Shown one piece after another: positions 40,807 through 52,128 of a DNA stretch of 64,000 nt. Each line of letters starts with the position of its first letter. Positions within the stretch are counted from its first letter, which is position 1. The notes under the pieces are model-generated. The model was not told the DNA's origin. It was given only the letters and a program-made list of their open reading frames with translations, and made no database searches. The stretch covers positions 1,378 through 65,377 of the forward strand of contig JAXEJU010000045.1 in the NCBI GenBank assembly GCA_034101395.1, written 5' to 3'. The stretch comes from Eubacterium sp. (GTDB lineage: Bacteria > Bacillota > Clostridia > Lachnospirales > Lachnospiraceae). The position numbers and the translations under genes are program-made.

Positions 40807-42504
40807 ATGAAAGCAAAAAAACAAAAAGTAGGGTTCTTTAACAAAATCGGATTTAAGCTCACATTGCTTGTGTTTATGGTTTCCATGTTGTCATGTGTAA
40901 TCTGTATGCTTATTATGGTTCCGAGTAGTGAAGAAAAACTCGCCAAGGTAACGAGAGGAGAGATTCGTGGTCTTGTAATGGCATACAGTTCCAGAATTGA
41001 AACTCTCTTGAACGAGGGAAGTACGGTAACTTATGACTTGTATTCAGAGGTTTTGAAAGATGTTAAAATTGAGGATGTAGAATCCTCTTATGCATATATT
41101 GTAGATACTACGGGAATGATGTTATATCATCCAACAAAGGAAAAAGTTGGAAAGAGTGTTGAGAATGTTGTAGTAAAAGGAATAGTAGAGCAGATAAGAA
41201 ATGGGCAGATACCGGATCCGGATGTCGTTGAATATGAATTTAATGGCACCATGAAGTATGCCGGATATCAGGTTCTGTCAGATAAGAGTACATTAGTTAT
41301 TACAGCAGATGAAGATGAAATATTAGCAGATATTTATAATATGTCGGTAAAAGGATATTTAGGTGGCGCTGTTGTTACGATTATTTGTTCGGTGATTGGA
41401 TTTTTACTTGTACTGTTTATCATTAAGCCGATTCATCGTCTGACCGCTGTGATTGACGAAACATCAGACCTTGATTTTTCAGATGACAAAGAAGCCGCTA
41501 TTGTTGCAAAACGCAGGGATGAGATTGGATTTATGGCGAAAGCGGTTGTCCGTATGAGAGAGCAGCTTCGTCTTATGGTAGTAGATATTCAGGCAACCAG
41601 TAACCGGATTTATCAGAATGTTGCAGAGGTAAATGATGTCAGCAGCCGCATTCGTGAAGAATGTATGGATAACTCTGCCACAACAGAAGAACTTGCAGCC
41701 GGAATGGAAGAGACTTCTGCAACTACAGGTACGATATCCGACAATATTGATGGAATGAAAGATGGAGCTTCTGAGATTTATAAACTCTCTAATGAGGGTG
41801 TGAATCTTTCGAATGAAATTACAGAGCGTGCACTGTCACTTCGTGAATCGACAGATGTTGCCACACAGCGCACAACGGAAATGTATGAGAATATCAAAAA
41901 ACAGGCTGCCATATCCATGGAAGCCACGCAGTGTGTACAGCAGATTAATGAGATTACAGAATCCATCATGCAGATTTCTTCCCAGACCAGTCTTCTTGCA
42001 TTGAATGCTTCCATTGAGGCGGCAAGAGCGGGTGAAGCAGGTAAGGGATTTGCTGTTGTAGCATCTGAAATCAGTAAACTTGCCGGAGAAACATCAAACT
42101 CCGTCTCCAGTATTAATGATATTGTGCTTCAGGTAAATGCCGCTGTTGCTAATATGGTGAAGAACATGGAAGATACGACAAAATTCCTTGATGATGTCGT
42201 ATTGAAAGATTATGAACAGTTTAAGTCGGTCAGTGTGCAGTACAACAAAGATGCAGATGTTGTCAAATCCAGCATGGGTAATGTGCAGCGTGCTATTGGT
42301 GACCTTACCAATGGAATCACCACAATTGCGGAAGCGATTAATGGCATCAACTCGACAGTAGATGAGTCCGCCATGGGTGTTTCGAACATTGCAGAAAAGA
42401 CCAGCAATGTTGTGAATGAGACAGCGCAGAATGTAGAAATGGTAGAAACCTGTATGGAATCCGTAGAGACACTTGAGTCCATAGCGAAGAAATTCCGCAT
42501 TTAA
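40807..42504 (+). CDS. Methyl-accepting chemotaxis protein (Cache-type sensor)
   Basis: YAYIVD..G.MLYHP, HAMP (RRDEIG), [15 protein letters not shown]. Confidence 0.95.
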   Translation: MKAKKQKVGFFNKIGFKLTLLVFMVSMLSCVICMLIMVPSSEEKLAKVTRGEIRGLVMAYSSRIETLLNEGSTVTYDLYSEVLKDVKIEDVESSYAYIVDTTGMMLYHPTKEKVGKSVENVVVKGIVEQIRNGQIPDPDVVEYEFNGTMKYAGYQVLSDKSTLVITADEDEILADIYNMSVKGYLGGAVVTIICSVIGFLLVLFIIKPIHRLTAVIDETSDLDFSDDKEAAIVAKRRDEIGFMAKAVVRMREQLRLMVVDIQATSNRIYQNVAEVNDVSSRIREECMDNSATTEELAAGMEETSATTGTISDNIDGMKDGASEIYKLSNEGVNLSNEITERALSLRESTDVATQRTTEMYENIKKQAAISMEATQCVQQINEITESIMQISSQTSLLALNASIEAARAGEAGKGFAVVASEISKLAGETSNSVSSINDIVLQVNAAVANMVKNMEDTTKFLDDVVLKDYEQFKSVSVQYNKDADVVKSSMGNVQRAIGDLTNGITTIAEAINGINSTVDESAMGVSNIAEKTSNVVNETAQNVEMVETCMESVETLESIAKKFRI

Positions 42505-42527
42505 TTTTCTAAATCAGGTATATAATA

Positions 42528-42572
42528 AATATCCCCTCAAATCAATCGTTCGATATGATTTGAGGGGATATT
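42528..42572. terminator. Bidirectional intrinsic terminator
   Basis: AATATCCCCTCAAATCA / TGATTTGAGGGGATATT 17-bp inverted repeat between convergent genes. Confidence 0.85.
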
Positions 42573-42598
42573 ATTTCTTATAGAAAAGTACGACTGCT

Positions 42599-43945
42599 TT
42601 ATTTAATCCGGTTACTTCTTCTCCATATATTCATTTTTTCTGCTTCCTTTATCAGTTCGTCGCGGAAATCGGGATGTGCAATGCTAATCAGGGCCTCTGC
42701 ACGCTCCCAGCTTGATTTTCCTTTGAGATTTACCATTCCATATTCCGTAACAACATAATGTGTGTTGGCGCGGGTATCGGTTACGATAGAACCAGTGGCA
42801 AGGGTTGGGCGGATACGGGACTGAACATTTCCGGACTTATCTTTAAATGTGGAAGAGAGGCAGATAAAACTTTTTCCACCTTTTGATTTGTAGGCGCCAA
42901 GTACAAAGTCAAGCTGACCACCGGCACCGCTGATGTTTTTTGTTCCGGCCGATTCTGCATTTACCTGCCCGTAAAGGTCAATGTCGACAGCGTTGTTGAT
43001 GGAAATGAAATTGTCGTGGGCAGAGATTGTGTCAATGCTGTTCGCATAATCAACCGGTACACTCATGCATTCAGGATTGTTGTCAAGATAATCATAGAGT
43101 TTCTTTGTTCCGGCCCCGAATGCATATACCTGGCGTCCTTTATTGATGTTCTTTTTGGAACCGTTAATTTTTCCGGCCTTTGCGATATCAACAAAAGCAT
43201 CAACATACATTTCCGTGTGAACACCGAGGTCTTTTAAATCGGATTCTGCTATCAGGGAACCGACAGCATTTGGCATTCCGCCGATACCAAGCTGGAGACA
43301 TGCTCCATCCGGAATCTGCGCAACAATCTGTCTGGCGACCGCCTGATCTACTTCAGTAGCTGCTGCAGGAGCGCCCATCTGTGCAATCGGAGGATTGTCT
43401 CCCTCGACGATCATATCCACTTTGGAAACGTGTATGCCCTCATCAAATCCCCCTAGACAGCGTGGCATATTTTCATTTACTTCTACAATGATGCATTTTG
43501 CTCGCTCGCATACAGCGGCCAGATGGGAGGCACTTGGACCAAAATTGAAATAGCCGTGCTCGTCCATTGGTGCAACCTGCATAATTGCCACATCTACATC
43601 ATCCGGCATATCCCGGTAATAGCGTGGAAGCTCGGAATAACGGATTGGTGAATAGAAAGAAAAACCCTGTGAGACAGCCTTTCTCTCTATTCCCCCCATA
43701 TGCCAGGAATTCCAGCAGAGATGATCGACCGGATTTTCAATTTTAAAAATTTCCGGTGTCCACATAAGAATTCCACCACGGAATTTTACATCGGTAAGTT
43801 CAGTTACCCGTTTTGCCAGTTCGGCATCTACTGCAACCGGAGTTGTAGTAGTCCATCCATAGTCTACCCAATCACCGGATTTTACAACTTTAGCAGCATC
43901 TGCAGCAGACGTGAGTTTGCTCTTATATAATGTTTCGTAATCCAT
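42599..43945 (-). CDS. but: Butyryl-CoA:acetate CoA-transferase
   Basis: [37 protein letters not shown]; adjacent to the butyryl-CoA operon. Confidence 0.92.
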   Translation of the reverse strand: MDYETLYKSKLTSAADAAKVVKSGDWVDYGWTTTTPVAVDAELAKRVTELTDVKFRGGILMWTPEIFKIENPVDHLCWNSWHMGGIERKAVSQGFSFYSPIRYSELPRYYRDMPDDVDVAIMQVAPMDEHGYFNFGPSASHLAAVCERAKCIIVEVNENMPRCLGGFDEGIHVSKVDMIVEGDNPPIAQMGAPAAATEVDQAVARQIVAQIPDGACLQLGIGGMPNAVGSLIAESDLKDLGVHTEMYVDAFVDIAKAGKINGSKKNINKGRQVYAFGAGTKKLYDYLDNNPECMSVPVDYANSIDTISAHDNFISINNAVDIDLYGQVNAESAGTKNISGAGGQLDFVLGAYKSKGGKSFICLSSTFKDKSGNVQSRIRPTLATGSIVTDTRANTHYVVTEYGMVNLKGKSSWERAEALISIAHPDFRDELIKEAEKMNIWRRSNRIK

Positions 43946-43996
43946 AGAAAACCTCCTAAAATTTTTTTTACACTTGTTCTGTGCATAATTACTTTA

Positions 43997-44025
43997 ATTT
44001 TATCATTTGCCGTCCGAGGGGTCAA
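43997..44025 (-). promoter_or_regulatory. SigA promoter of but
   Basis: Minus strand TTGACC-N17-TAAAAT with extended TG. Confidence 0.65.
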
Positions 44026-44143
44026 GGGATTCCGGATGGCTTTTCTAAAGAAATATTTAACAGAAACATATGCCTGCTTTGGGCATATTTGACAATACAC
44101 AAATAGGAAACAGATACCACATATAAAAAATGCATAAAAAAGT

Positions 44144-44183
44144 TTGTTAAAATGTTGACAATGCACCCTGTGTTTGGTATGAT
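44144..44183 (+). promoter_or_regulatory. Rex-like operator overlapping the -35 of the coaD-thl operon promoter
   Basis: TTGTTAAAATGTTGACAA (44144-44161); TTGACA-N17-TATGAT with extended TG. Confidence 0.75.
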
Positions 44184-44248
44184 AGAAACGTGGTGGTAAA
44201 TCTTTATACGTGAGTTGTGTTTACATAACTTACAGAATGGAAGGAAAC

Positions 44249-44734
44249 ATGACAAAAGCAATTTATCCGGGAAGTTTTGATCCGGTCACGTATGGACATC
44301 TGGATATTATATGCCGGGCTTCAAAAGTGGTGGACGAGCTGATAATCGGAGTTCTTGTGAATAAGATGAAGCAGCCGTTATTCACCATGGAGGAACGCCT
44401 TGAGATGCTGCGTGAGACAACAAAAGAGTATGATAATGTCAGGGTTGCGACCTTTGAGGGACTGACGATTGATTTTGCAAGAGAAAATGGCGCAAACCTG
44501 ATTATCCGGGGACTTCGGGCCGTGACGGATTTTGAATCGGAAATGCAGATTGCGCAGACAAATCACAGCATTGACCCGGAAATTGATACCATGTTTTTTA
44601 CTACAAGTCTGGAATATGCATTTTTGAGTTCGACAATTGCCAGAGAAGTGGCATTTTACGGCTCAGATGTATCGAAACTTGTTCCGTCGGTGGTGGCAGA
44701 AGAGTTTCGGAAAAAATTTCATCATGATTCTTAA
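44249..44734 (+). CDS. coaD: Phosphopantetheine adenylyltransferase
   Basis: YPGSFDPVTYGH, RGLRAVTDFE, LSST. Confidence 0.96.
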   Translation: MTKAIYPGSFDPVTYGHLDIICRASKVVDELIIGVLVNKMKQPLFTMEERLEMLRETTKEYDNVRVATFEGLTIDFARENGANLIIRGLRAVTDFESEMQIAQTNHSIDPEIDTMFFTTSLEYAFLSSTIAREVAFYGSDVSKLVPSVVAEEFRKKFHHDS

Positions 44735-44754
44735 ATTAAAGGAGGATATATTTC

Positions 44755-45939
44755 ATGTCTAAGAAAGTAGTTTTAGCAGGCGCATGTCGTACCGCAATTG
44801 GTAAAATGGGTGGTGCACTCAGCACAACTCCAGCACCAAAACTTGGTTCAATTGTAATTGAAGAGGCTCTGAAAAGAGCAGGTGTTCCAAAGGATGCCGT
44901 TGACCATGTATATATGGGTTGTGTAATTCAGGCCGGTCTTGGCCAGAACGTTGCACGTCAGGCTTCTATCGGAGCAGGTCTTCCAATTGAGACAACTGCT
45001 GTAACCGTTAATGTTGTCTGCGGTTCCGGTTTGAACTGTGTAAATATGGCAGCACAGATGATTCAGGCAGGAGATGCTGATATTGTAGTAGCTGGTGGTA
45101 TGGAGAACATGTCCATGGCTCCTTATGCAGCAATGAATGCACGTTTTGGTTACCGCATGAACAATGGTAAACTGGTAGATACCATGGTAAACGATGCATT
45201 GTGGGATGCATTTAACCAGTATCACATGATGATTACTGCTGAGAATGTAGCAGAACAGTACGGAATTACACGTGAAGAACTCGATGAGTTCTCAGCAAAG
45301 AGCCAGCAGAAATGCGAGGCAGCTATGGCAGCCGGCAAATTCAAAGATGAAATTGTTCCGGTTGAAATCAAAGCAAAGAAAAAGACTATTGTGTTTGACA
45401 CCGATGAGGGACCACGTGCCGGAACAACAGCAGAAGGTCTCAGTGCTCTTAAATGCTGCTCCGGAAAAGAGGGCGGTCTTGTAACAGCCGGAAATGCATC
45501 CGGAATTAATGACGGTGCTGCTGCTATCGTTGTTATGAGTGAAGAAAAAGCAAAAGAGCTTGGTGTTACTCCGATGGCTACTTTCGTAGCAGGAGCACTT
45601 GGCGGTGTGGATCCGAAAATCATGGGTGTTGGCCCGGTTGCTTCTACAAAGAAAGTATTTGCAAAGACAGGTCTTACCATTGATGACATGGATCTTGTTG
45701 AAGCAAATGAAGCATTTGCTGCTCAGTCTATCGCTGTAGGACGTGACTTGAACTTTGATCTTGAAAAACTGAATGTAAATGGTGGTGCAATTGCTCTTGG
45801 ACATCCGGTTGGAGCAAGTGGATGCCGTATTCTTGTTACTCTGCTTCATGAGATGCAGAAGAGAGATGCGAAAAAAGGTCTTGCAACACTTTGTATCGGT
45901 GGTGGAATGGGATGTTCCACAATTGTTGAAAAATATTAA
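44755..45939 (+). CDS. thlA: Acetyl-CoA acetyltransferase (thiolase)
   Basis: [23 protein letters not shown]. Confidence 0.97.
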   Translation: MSKKVVLAGACRTAIGKMGGALSTTPAPKLGSIVIEEALKRAGVPKDAVDHVYMGCVIQAGLGQNVARQASIGAGLPIETTAVTVNVVCGSGLNCVNMAAQMIQAGDADIVVAGGMENMSMAPYAAMNARFGYRMNNGKLVDTMVNDALWDAFNQYHMMITAENVAEQYGITREELDEFSAKSQQKCEAAMAAGKFKDEIVPVEIKAKKKTIVFDTDEGPRAGTTAEGLSALKCCSGKEGGLVTAGNASGINDGAAAIVVMSEEKAKELGVTPMATFVAGALGGVDPKIMGVGPVASTKKVFAKTGLTIDDMDLVEANEAFAAQSIAVGRDLNFDLEKLNVNGGAIALGHPVGASGCRILVTLLHEMQKRDAKKGLATLCIGGGMGCSTIVEKY

Positions 45940-45955
45940 TGGAGGATAAACCATC

Positions 45956-46747
45956 ATGGAATTCATTACTTATGAAGTAGAGGGAATGGTTGGTATTATT
46001 ACCATCAACCGTCCAAAAGCGCTGAATGCGCTCAATAGTACAGTACTTGATGAATTGAATGCAACACTGGACGCTGTTGACCAGAATGAGGTTCGCTGCC
46101 TGATTCTTACCGGTGCCGGTGAAAAATCATTTGTAGCCGGAGCGGATATCGGAGAGATGAGTACTCTGACAAAAGCAGAGGGTGAGGCATTTGGCAAGAA
46201 GGGAAATGATGTGTTCCGTAAACTGGAGACATTCCCAATTCCTGTTATTGCTGCTGTAAATGGTTTTGCTCTCGGTGGTGGATGCGAAATTTCGATGAGC
46301 TGTGATATCAGAATCTGCTCAGAAAATGCAGTGTTTGGCCAGCCGGAAGTTGGTCTTGGAATTACTCCTGGATTTGGTGGAACCCAGAGACTGGCACGTC
46401 TTGTCAGCCCGGGTATGGCAAAACAGTTGATTTATACAGCACGCAACATTAAGGCGGATGAAGCGTACCGTATCGGTCTTGTAAATGCGGTATATCCATT
46501 GGAAGAGCTTCTTCCTGCTGCAAAGAAAATGGCTGCAGGAATTGCCGCACAGGCTCCGATTGCTGTACGCAACTGTAAGAAAGCTATCAATGATGGACTT
46601 CAGGTAGATATGGACAAAGCAATTGTAATTGAAGAGAAACTCTTTGGTGACTGCTTCGAGACAGAAGACCAGAAAGCCGGAATGGGCAATTTCCTTGAGA
46701 AGGATAAAGAGAAGAAACTGAAAGTTGTTCCATTCAAAAACTGCTAA
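45956..46747 (+). CDS. crt: Crotonase (enoyl-CoA hydratase)
   Basis: FVAGADI, GGGCE, QPEVGLGITPGFGGTQRL. Confidence 0.96.
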   Translation: MEFITYEVEGMVGIITINRPKALNALNSTVLDELNATLDAVDQNEVRCLILTGAGEKSFVAGADIGEMSTLTKAEGEAFGKKGNDVFRKLETFPIPVIAAVNGFALGGGCEISMSCDIRICSENAVFGQPEVGLGITPGFGGTQRLARLVSPGMAKQLIYTARNIKADEAYRIGLVNAVYPLEELLPAAKKMAAGIAAQAPIAVRNCKKAINDGLQVDMDKAIVIEEKLFGDCFETEDQKAGMGNFLEKDKEKKLKVVPFKNC

Positions 46748-46764
46748 TTGTTTGTAAATAATTT

Positions 46765-46796
46765 CAGGGGATTTTCCTTTTGGGGGAAATCCCCTG
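46765..46796 (+). other. Intra-operon stem-loop
   Basis: CAGGGGATTT / AAATCCCCTG inverted repeat with no U-tract on the + strand. Confidence 0.7.
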
Positions 46797-46825
46797 CACA
46801 ATAAAAATATGGAGGTAAGATTTCA

Positions 46826-47668
46826 ATGAAAGTAGGTATTATTGGTGCCGGAACTATGGGCTCCGGAATTGCGCAGGCATTTGCACAGACAGAAGGTTAC
46901 GAAGTTTATTTGTGTGATATCAATGAAGAGTTCGCTGCAAATGGCAAAAACAAAATTGCAAAAGGACTTGAGAAGAGAGTAGCAAAAGGAAAAATGGAGC
47001 AGGCTGCTGCAGATGCGATTCTCAACAAGATTACAACCGGTGTAAAAGATATCTGTACCGACTGTGACCTGATTGTTGAAGCTGCACTTGAAGTTATGGA
47101 TGTTAAGAAACAGACATTCAAAGAGTTGCAGGATCTTGTAAAGAAAGATGACTGTATTTTTGCAACAAATACATCTTCCCTTTCTATCACAGAGATTGGA
47201 CAGGGCATTTCTCATCCGGTAATCGGTATGCATTTCTTCAATCCGGCTCCTGTAATGAAGCTTGTTGAGGTTATCCGCGGTGAGAACACAACTGATGAGG
47301 TAAATGACAAGGTTGTTGCGATTGCAAAAGAAATCGGAAAAACACCTGTTGAAGTAAAAGAGGCTGCTGGTTTTGTAGTAAACCGTATTCTGATTCCAAT
47401 GATTAACGAGGCAGTTGGCATTTATGCAGATGGTGTTGCATCTGTTGAGGGTATTGACGCTGCGATGAAACTCGGTGCCAACCATCCGATGGGACCTCTT
47501 GCTCTCGGTGACCTGGTAGGTCTGGATATCTGCCTTGCTATCATGGAAGTACTTCAGGCAGAGACCGGTGATCCAAAATACCGTCCACATCCATTGCTGA
47601 GAAAAATGGTTCGTGCCGGTAAACTGGGATGCAAGACAGGAAAGGGATTCTACGATTATTCCAAGTAA
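46826..47668 (+). CDS. hbd: 3-hydroxybutyryl-CoA dehydrogenase
   Basis: [26 protein letters not shown]. Confidence 0.97.
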   Translation: MKVGIIGAGTMGSGIAQAFAQTEGYEVYLCDINEEFAANGKNKIAKGLEKRVAKGKMEQAAADAILNKITTGVKDICTDCDLIVEAALEVMDVKKQTFKELQDLVKKDDCIFATNTSSLSITEIGQGISHPVIGMHFFNPAPVMKLVEVIRGENTTDEVNDKVVAIAKEIGKTPVEVKEAAGFVVNRILIPMINEAVGIYADGVASVEGIDAAMKLGANHPMGPLALGDLVGLDICLAIMEVLQAETGDPKYRPHPLLRKMVRAGKLGCKTGKGFYDYSK

Positions 47669-47721
47669 TAAATGCGAAGCAGGTTCGCTCTATGAAATAA
47701 AATAAGGAGGTTCATGTAAAC

Positions 47722-48873
47722 ATGGATTTTAAATTAGATAAGCAGCATGAAATGGCGCTTCAGCTGTTCAAAGATTTTGCTGAGAACGAAGTTAAGCCAC
47801 TTGCGCAGGAAACGGATGAAACCGAAGTTTTCCCACGTGAAACCGTCACAAAAATGCAGAAGCTTGGTTTCATGGGAATTCCGATTGCCAAGGAATATGG
47901 CGGACAGGGCTGTGATCCTCTGATGTACACAATGTGTGTTGAGGAACTGGCTAAAGTTTGTGGTACGACAAGCGTTATTGTTTCTGCTCATACATCACTT
48001 TGCTGTGACCCGATTGCAACATATGGTACAGAAGAGCAGAAGCAGAAATATCTGGTTCCACTGGCAAGTGGAGAAAAACTCGGTGCGTTTGGTCTGACTG
48101 AGCCGGGTGCTGGTACCGATGCGCAGGGACAGCAGACAAAGGCTGTTCTGGATGGTGATGAGTGGGTGCTCAATGGCTCCAAATGTTTCATTACCAATGG
48201 TAAAGAGGCTGATGTATATATTATCATCGCTGTTACCGGTATTGTTGAAAAACGTGGCAGAAAAATGAAAGAGATTTCTGCATTTATCGTAGAAAAAGAT
48301 ACTCCGGGATTCTCCTTTGGTACAAAAGAGAAGAAGATGGGTATCCGTGGTTCCTCTACTTATGAGTTGATTTTTGAAGACTGCCGTATTCCAAAAGAAA
48401 ACCTTCTTGGACAGCAGGGTAAAGGTTTTGGTATTGCTATGCATACACTGGATGGTGGACGTATCGGTATTGCTGCTCAGGCTCTTGGTCTGGCAGAAGG
48501 TGCGCTGCAGGCAACGATTGATTATGTGAAAGAAAGAAAACAGTTTGGTCGTACAATTGCACAGTTCCAGAATACCCAGTTCCAGCTGGCAGATATGGCT
48601 ACAAAAGTAGAAGCTGCCAAGATGATGGTATACAAAGCTGCTATGGCTAAGGCTACTCAGAAGGTTTACAGTGTGGAAGCTGCTATGGCTAAGCTGTATG
48701 CTGCAGAGGTTGCTATGGAAGTTACGACAAAAGCAGTTCAGTTACACGGTGGTTATGGTTATATTAGAGAATATGACGTTGAACGTATGATGCGTGATGC
48801 AAAAATCACAGAGATCTACGAGGGAACTTCCGAAGTTCAGCGTATGGTTATCTCTGGTAGCTTATTGAAATAG
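47722..48873 (+). CDS. bcd: Butyryl-CoA dehydrogenase (electron-bifurcating)
   Basis: [30 protein letters not shown]; followed by etfBA. Confidence 0.95.
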   Translation: MDFKLDKQHEMALQLFKDFAENEVKPLAQETDETEVFPRETVTKMQKLGFMGIPIAKEYGGQGCDPLMYTMCVEELAKVCGTTSVIVSAHTSLCCDPIATYGTEEQKQKYLVPLASGEKLGAFGLTEPGAGTDAQGQQTKAVLDGDEWVLNGSKCFITNGKEADVYIIIAVTGIVEKRGRKMKEISAFIVEKDTPGFSFGTKEKKMGIRGSSTYELIFEDCRIPKENLLGQQGKGFGIAMHTLDGGRIGIAAQALGLAEGALQATIDYVKERKQFGRTIAQFQNTQFQLADMATKVEAAKMMVYKAAMAKATQKVYSVEAAMAKLYAAEVAMEVTTKAVQLHGGYGYIREYDVERMMRDAKITEIYEGTSEVQRMVISGSLLK

Positions 48874-48884
48874 GAGGTGCTCAC

Positions 48885-49667
48885 GTGAAAATTGTAGTAT
48901 GTATTAAACAGGTGCCTGATACAAAAGGCGGCGTTGTATTTAATCCAGATGGTACTCTGAACAGAGCTGCCATGCTGACAATTATGAACCCGGATGATAA
49001 AGCCGGTCTGGAAGCAGCATTGAGAATTAAGGAGCAGACAGGAGCAGAAGTTACTGTTCTGACTATGGGTCTCCCAAAGGCAGAAGAAGTGCTTCGTGAG
49101 GCAATGGCAATGGGAGCTGACAATGGAATTCTGGTAACCGATCGTGTACTCGGCGGTGCCGATACATGGGCAACTTCTACCACAATTGCCGGTGCGCTCA
49201 GAAACATTGACTACGATCTGATTATCACAGGCCGTCAGGCGATTGATGGTGATACCGCTCAGGTAGGACCTCAGATTTCTGAACACCTGGACATTCCGGT
49301 TATTTCTTATGCACAGGACATTAAAATAGAAGGTGACAGTGTTGTTGTTCAGCGTCAGTATGAAGACAGATATCATGTTGTAAAAGCAAAGATGCCTTGT
49401 CTGATTACCGCACTTGCAGAGCTGAATGAGCCTCGTTATATGACTCCGGGCGGAATTATGGAAGCGTTTGAAAAAGAGATTACCGTTTGGGGCAGAGCAG
49501 ACTTAAAGGATGTAGATGATTCCAATCTCGGTCTGAAAGGTTCTCCAACTAAGATTGCTAAGGCTTCTGACAAAGTACGCAAGGGTGCCGGTGAGGTTGT
49601 TACTCTCGACCCGACAGAGGCAGCACAGTACATTGTTGACAAATTTAAAGAGAAACATGTAATCTAA
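48885..49667 (+). CDS. etfB: Electron transfer flavoprotein beta subunit
   Basis: VCIKQVPD, GRQAIDGDTAQVGP. Confidence 0.96.
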   Translation: MKIVVCIKQVPDTKGGVVFNPDGTLNRAAMLTIMNPDDKAGLEAALRIKEQTGAEVTVLTMGLPKAEEVLREAMAMGADNGILVTDRVLGGADTWATSTTIAGALRNIDYDLIITGRQAIDGDTAQVGPQISEHLDIPVISYAQDIKIEGDSVVVQRQYEDRYHVVKAKMPCLITALAELNEPRYMTPGGIMEAFEKEITVWGRADLKDVDDSNLGLKGSPTKIAKASDKVRKGAGEVVTLDPTEAAQYIVDKFKEKHVI

Positions 49668-49721
49668 TTTATACATTGGTGAATCATGCGCAGCAAAGTT
49701 TCTGTGCAAAAGGAGGTAAAA

Positions 49722-50759
49722 ATGAATTTAGAAGAATATAAAGGTGTATATGTCTTTGCACAGCAAGTTGATGGAGAAATCAGCAGCATTGCTTTTGAAC
49801 TGCTCGGCAAAGCAAAAGATCTGGCAAAAGATCTGAACACGGATGTGACTGCAGTACTTCTGGGATCCGGTATTAAAGGCCTTGCAGATTCCCTTGCAGA
49901 GTACGGTGCAGATAAAGTTATCGTTGTAGATGACAAAGAACTGGAAGTTTACAGAACAGAGCCATATGCTCATGCACTGGCTTCCGTAATTAATGAGTAC
50001 AAACCGGAGATTATGCTGGTTGGTGCTACTGCAATCGGACGTGATCTCGGTCCTCGTGTATCTGCACGTGTGGCAACTGGTCTGACTGCGGACTGTACGG
50101 TACTTGAAATTGGTGATTTCACAGACAGCATGACGAAGGAAGTTATTCCAAATCAGCTTCTGATGACACGTCCTGCATTCGGCGGAAATACAATTGCTAC
50201 AATCGCATGTCCGTATAACCGACCACAGATGGCTACAGTACGTGCCGGTGTTATGCAGAAAATTGACCCGATTAAAGGGGCAAAGGCAGAAGTAATCGAC
50301 TACAATCCGGGATTCACTCCGGACAACAAGTATGTTGAGATTCTGGAAGTTGTAAAAGCGGTATCCGATGTAGAGGACATTATGGATGCCAAGATTCTTG
50401 TATCCGGTGGACGCGGTGTCGGAAGCAAAGAGAATTTCAAACTTCTGCAGGATTTGGCAGATGTTCTTGGCGGAACCGTAAGCTGTTCCCGTGCTGTTGT
50501 TGATAACGGATGGATGCCAAAGGATCTTCAGGTTGGACAGACCGGAAAAACGGTTCGTCCAAATGTATATTTTGCCATTGGTATATCCGGTGCTATCCAG
50601 CACGTAGCCGGTATGGAAGAGTCTGATATCATTGTTGCCATCAATAAAGATGAGACAGCTCCTATCTTTGATGTAGCTGATTATGGTCTTGTTGGTGACT
50701 TGAACAAAATTCTTCCACAGTTGACCGAAATGCTGAAGAATGAGATAGCAGCCAAATAA
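49722..50759 (+). CDS. etfA: Electron transfer flavoprotein alpha subunit
   Basis: GLTADC, TRPAFGGN, QVGQTGK, GISGAIQH. Confidence 0.96.
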   Translation: MNLEEYKGVYVFAQQVDGEISSIAFELLGKAKDLAKDLNTDVTAVLLGSGIKGLADSLAEYGADKVIVVDDKELEVYRTEPYAHALASVINEYKPEIMLVGATAIGRDLGPRVSARVATGLTADCTVLEIGDFTDSMTKEVIPNQLLMTRPAFGGNTIATIACPYNRPQMATVRAGVMQKIDPIKGAKAEVIDYNPGFTPDNKYVEILEVVKAVSDVEDIMDAKILVSGGRGVGSKENFKLLQDLADVLGGTVSCSRAVVDNGWMPKDLQVGQTGKTVRPNVYFAIGISGAIQHVAGMEESDIIVAINKDETAPIFDVADYGLVGDLNKILPQLTEMLKNEIAAK

Positions 50760-50772
50760 TTAATGCTTTTTG

Positions 50773-50820
50773 CACACGGATACTTTACCTCTTGTGGCAG
50801 GGTATCCGTGTGATTTTTTT
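50773..50820 (+). terminator. Intrinsic terminator after etfA
   Basis: CACACGGATAC / GTATCCGTGTG followed by a T-run. Confidence 0.8.
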
Positions 50821-50835
50821 GGAATGGAGATTAGT

Positions 50836-52128
50836 ATGAATCCAATTGGTGTAGTTATATGCAATTATAATAAGCGGGATTTTGTATTAGAATGTATCAG
50901 GAGTGTATGGGAGAGTAAAGTACATAATTTTGATATTTACATGGTAGATAATGCCTCGACCGATGGCAGTGTGGAGGCAGTGAAAAAGGAGTTTGGAGAT
51001 CGGGTTACAATCCTTGAAAACAAAGAAAATCTTGGTGGCTCCGGCGGTTTCAATACTGGACTCCGGGTTGTGAAAGATAAGGGATACCGTTACTTTATGT
51101 GTCTGGATGATGATGCACAGGTGGATGAAAATGCCATAAATACTCTGTATGAGTATATGGAAGAAAATCCGGATGTGGGAATGGCAGGCGCCCGAGTATA
51201 TCACATGCAGATGCCCGAATACATCCAGCAATGCGGGCTTCTGATTGATTTTGAACACTGCAGTGCGAAAACACTGTATGCAGATGTTTTGGAGGATGGA
51301 AGTCTGCCGGAAGTGATTGCATGTGATACGGTTGCAACCTGCGCGGTTATGGTGCGTGGGGATGTCATACGGAACACAGATGTTGGTATTATGCCGGAAG
51401 ATAATTTTATTTACTGGGATGATATGGAGTGGGGACATAGGATGCATCTTGCCGGTTATCGGACGGTGACGCTTGGAGGTGCCCGGGTACTTCATCAGAT
51501 GGGTGCAAATGTACGAAAACCAAATACTTTTCTGGATTATTATATGTGGCGCAACCGCACAAATTTTTTTATGCGTTATACGCCGGAGGAAAAGCTGGAG
51601 GAGATGAGTGTTCAGGCACTCTCTGGTATTTTTGATGCCATGTATGAGAGCATGTATAGAGAAGAACATAATGTTATGCAGTCCATTTCTTATGCCTATC
51701 AGGATGCCCTGCAGGGAGTAAGAGGGAAAGCGGATGCATATAAAATTTTAGAAAATGATGCGAATGATGATAAACTGAGTTTGTTTATCAAAGATAAAAA
51801 AACTTTTTATATAAAGGAAGAGGGACAGAATGAAGATGCGCTATACCTTCGAAATTTCCTTTTAAGTGTGAATCCCGGGCTGAAGGAGATGGTCTCGGAA
51901 GAAAAGGCAGAAATGGTATTTCACCTGTGCCCTTATATCTTTCAGGTAAAGGATTTTTCACTGAATGAGATATACATTGATTCAGAGCGCAATTGTATGC
52001 TCGACGAAGACGATGCAGTGGCAGTGCAGAATTATGATTACAGCAAGCTGTTGTTCATTTATATGAATCAGGGAATTTTTATGGCTGCGTCAAGGAATAT
52101 GCGTAAAAAAGGAGATAATGTAAAATGA
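50836..52128 (+). CDS. Family 2 glycosyltransferase
   Basis: VDNASTDGS, NLGGSGGFN, LDDDA, FIYWDDMEW. Confidence 0.9.
   Translation: MNPIGVVICNYNKRDFVLECIRSVWESKVHNFDIYMVDNASTDGSVEAVKKEFGDRVTILENKENLGGSGGFNTGLRVVKDKGYRYFMCLDDDAQVDENAINTLYEYMEENPDVGMAGARVYHMQMPEYIQQCGLLIDFEHCSAKTLYADVLEDGSLPEVIACDTVATCAVMVRGDVIRNTDVGIMPEDNFIYWDDMEWGHRMHLAGYRTVTLGGARVLHQMGANVRKPNTFLDYYMWRNRTNFFMRYTPEEKLEEMSVQALSGIFDAMYESMYREEHNVMQSISYAYQDALQGVRGKADAYKILENDANDDKLSLFIKDKKTFYIKEEGQNEDALYLRNFLLSVNPGLKEMVSEEKAEMVFHLCPYIFQVKDFSLNEIYIDSERNCMLDEDDAVAVQNYDYSKLLFIYMNQGIFMAASRNMRKKGDNVK

Noticed and set aside
45292-50603. Long antisense ORFs over the butyrate genes (for example 46823-47590 and 49728-50603)
   Set aside because: Shadow frames arising from codon bias in highly expressed genes; no RBS or recognisable motifs
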